This document shows positions 34,985 through 37,817 of a stretch of DNA of 37,817 nucleotides, piece after piece. The notes beneath the pieces were generated by a model. That model did no database searches. It was not told where the DNA came from and was given only the letters and a program-made list of their open reading frames with translations. Both the position numbers and the translations under genes were made by a program. Origin of the DNA: Octopus sinensis (Eukaryota); assembly GCF_006345805.1 (NCBI RefSeq), contig NW_021835873.1, forward strand, positions 1 to 37,817, given 5' to 3'. Position 1 is the stretch's first letter; the number at the start of each line of letters is the position of its first letter.

Positions 34985-37215
34985 TGAGAGACCTTGTTGC
35001 ATGCAATCAAGCCTTATGCATAGCACTTACGGAAACACACCTGAAACCGGATATAGCAAATGCGGAAATACACATACCACAGTATGTTGTATTATGGCCC
35101 GACAGAAAACAAAGCAGTCATGGTGGAGTTGCTATGTACACCCCCGAGGACCTCACACCCCAGGTCCTTTTTTCATACTCAAATTCGGTATGTGAGACAG
35201 CGTACAAAAGATTCAAATCACCTAAACAAACAAATTGAAAACTGTGAAAAGTCCCACCTGAAAATAAAACTGCTAGAAATTGAAAAATGTCTGCAACTCT
35301 CACATGAAAAAGAAAGAGCAGACAAAGAAGCCTGGGCTACAGACAACATAAAATCTAACCCCAGAGCTTTCTACAAATTTGCCAAAGAAACAGCTACAGT
35401 GCACTATAGGATGTAGCCACTCCTTGAAAAGGATGGTACATTCACAGGAAATGCAATGAGGCTAAGTGAAATACTAAATGAGCAATTCAAGAGTATTTTC
35501 ACTCCACCCATTTTCAAGTCAGCAATCCAACTGACTTCTTTACCACCGCAGATCTAAAATCACAGGCAACGATGATTGATTACATCAATATAAAGGAAGA
35601 CGATGTAATAAAGGCTATAGATGAAATGAAAACAAACTCAGCTACTGGCCCGATGGATTCCCAGCAATCCTTCTAAAAGTATGTAAGAGAGTCCTAGCAA
35701 GTCCACTGCAGTTCCTCTTTCAGAGCTTCCTTGCAACAGGCAAGTTTCCAAGACAACTGAAGGAGGCCAAGAACTACAGACCTATCTCTCTTTACCTCAC
35801 ACATCAGCAAGGTCATGGAGCGAATAGTCAGAAGGAAACTAATCGCCTTCTTGAAGAAAATAACTTGCTGTCTGACACCCAACATGGTTTCTGACCAGGA
35901 AGAAGCTGCCTAACTCAGCTCCTATAACACTATGACTGGGTGCTGAAATGACTGCTCAACCACTCAAATGTGGAAGTGATATATCTCGACTTCGCAAAGG
36001 CCTTTGATAAAGTCGATCATGGAATGATATGTCACAAACTGCATGATCTTGGCATAGTTGGAAAATTGGGAGAATGGCTTCATGACTTTCTGAAGGATAG
36101 AAGTCAGGTGGTCCGTTAACACAACAAATAGTGAGCGGCGTTCTGCAAGGCACTGTTTTGGGACCACTACTGTTCATAATGGCCCTCTCAGACATGCCCT
36201 CAGCCAAGCAGAGAGCCACGATTACAAGTTATGCAGATGATACAAAAGTTTCACAGGTAATACAGAACCCTGAAGACACTATGCACTTACAATGTGAGCT
36301 GGACAAAATATACAAGTGGGCCGAAAAGAATAGCATGCAGTTCAATACTGAAAAGTTTCAAGATTTATGCTATCAGCATGAAAAACTAAATGCAATACCC
36401 AATAAATACACTGGACCTGGAGGGATTGTAATCCCAGAGGCACAATCAGTGCGAGACCTGGGTATTTACATGAGTAATGATGCAACCTTTCATGTGCATG
36501 TTGCTAAATTGGCAATGAAATGTAAGCGGCTGACCTGATGGATTCTTAGAGCCTTTAGAACAAGAGACCAGGAATCCATGATGGTCCTCTGAAGGACACT
36601 TGTCCTAAGCCACTTTGACTATTGCTCTCAGCTGTGGTCACCATCCAGTGTCAAGTTAATCACAGAAAATGAGGTGATCCAATGAAGCTACACGAAGAAG
36701 GTAGCCTCTGTGCAGCATATAAGCTATTGGGAAAGACTCAAGAGATTAAGACTCTATTCCTTAGAGCGTAGGTGAGAAAGATATGCCATAATATACATCT
36801 GGAAGATCCTGGAAGGACTTGTCCCAAACTTTGGCATCGAGCGTTACACAAATAATAGAACAAGGCGCCACTGCATAGTGCCAAGGACTCCAAATTTGCC
36901 ATCAAGATGTAGGACAAGATACTGTGATAGCCTGGATTTCAGAGGCCCACAGCTCTTCAATATCCTCCCGAAGGACCTGAGAGACCTGCATGGGGTGGAT
37001 GCAGATGTCTTTAAAATAAAACTGGATTTCTTCCTGTCAGGTGTCCCAGATGAACCAACTTCAGAGCAGGAGGTGCAGATGAGAGCAGCTTCATCGAACT
37101 CTTCCATGCACCAAATGGCAATTGCTAAAAAGCATTCGTGAAGTAAAATCAGTAGCAACATGGAATGGCGGTGCCCCAGCATGGCCACAGCTTGTGAGCT
37201 GAAACTAGATAAAAT

Positions 37216-37219
<4 letters not shown>
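34985..37219 (+). mobile_element. LINE copy A2: 5'-truncated, internally deleted, close relative of copy A1
   Basis: Highly similar to 15342-18430; about 620-bp deletion at about 35195 and smaller deletions at about 35762 and 36110; same 3' tail. Confidence 0.93.
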
Positions 37220-37278
<59 letters not shown>

Positions 37279-37640
37279 TATATAGGTTATAAAATGAGAT
37301 AGGGGTTGAAAAATTCAACCCCAATGGGATAACATATATCTCAATATACTGCTAGATAGGTACCCAACAAGACTAATACATAGATGTTAAAAATTGCCAA
37401 ACAATTAGTTCATCTATTGTATTATATGGGCAAAGGTAATAATATTACCGTAAATATACTACAAAATTAGAAAATGGAGAAACATACTTAAATCAATAAA
37501 ACATCAACTAACAGATGATACCCAATCAATACTTTATTACACCATTACATCAGTAAAGGCATTATACAAAATATATAGTAAATATAAATAGACAAGGAAA
37601 TAGAAATGTAAAATATAAAATATAATGTAATTATATCATA

Positions 37641-37747
37641 TCTGACAGCTGTTCGGCAGTAAGGCAGTCATACCTCATTTAACCTATAAGCCATAAAGGC
37701 AGGTATAAATGAGGTTTAACAAGGATGCCCCACGGCCTCTTCAGAGA
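37641..37747 (-). ncRNA. Degenerate hammerhead ribozyme with extended stem II, in a probable Penelope pseudo-LTR (about 37285-37817)
   Basis: Minus strand: tct CTGAAGA ggc...(about 75 nt including acctcattta/taaatgaggt helix)...gcc GAA cagctg TC aga; one A is missing from GAAA. Confidence 0.6.
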
Positions 37748-37817
37748 ATTTAATTTGTTATAATTGTGAAAAAATTATTTTTCCATATACATATAAATAT
37801 AAAAATATAAAAATGTA

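Overview
AT-rich animal (eukaryotic) intergenic/intronic DNA made almost entirely of transposable elements embedded in long (TA)n/(TACA)n microsatellites. I found no host protein-coding gene, and most ORFs in the track (Y/I/M/C-rich) are microsatellite artefacts. The SINE families resemble those I associate with octopus/coleoid cephalopods; this is an inference. Contents: (1) a full-length Gypsy LTR retrotransposon of CsRn1/Boudicca type (6849-12638, minus strand, 544-bp LTRs, ACTG target-site duplication, tRNA-Trp PBS); (2) several Helitron pieces, two carrying PIF1-helicase remnants; (3) four copies of one APE-RT LINE family (CR1/L2 group, CCCH-finger ORF1) plus an unrelated CR1 fragment; (4) a near-complete Hero-like RLE LINE; (5) tRNA-derived and RTE-tailed SINEs; (6) Penelope-type fragments carrying three hammerhead-ribozyme motifs, one inside a perfect 135-bp-arm inverted repeat. 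The most striking signal is a LINE copy at 25046-26008 that differs from its sister copies by dense, strand-specific A-to-G changes in an ADAR-like context. A SINE at 32024 and a patch at about 29600 show the same pattern. These look like A-to-I hyper-edited RNAs that were reverse transcribed back into the genome.
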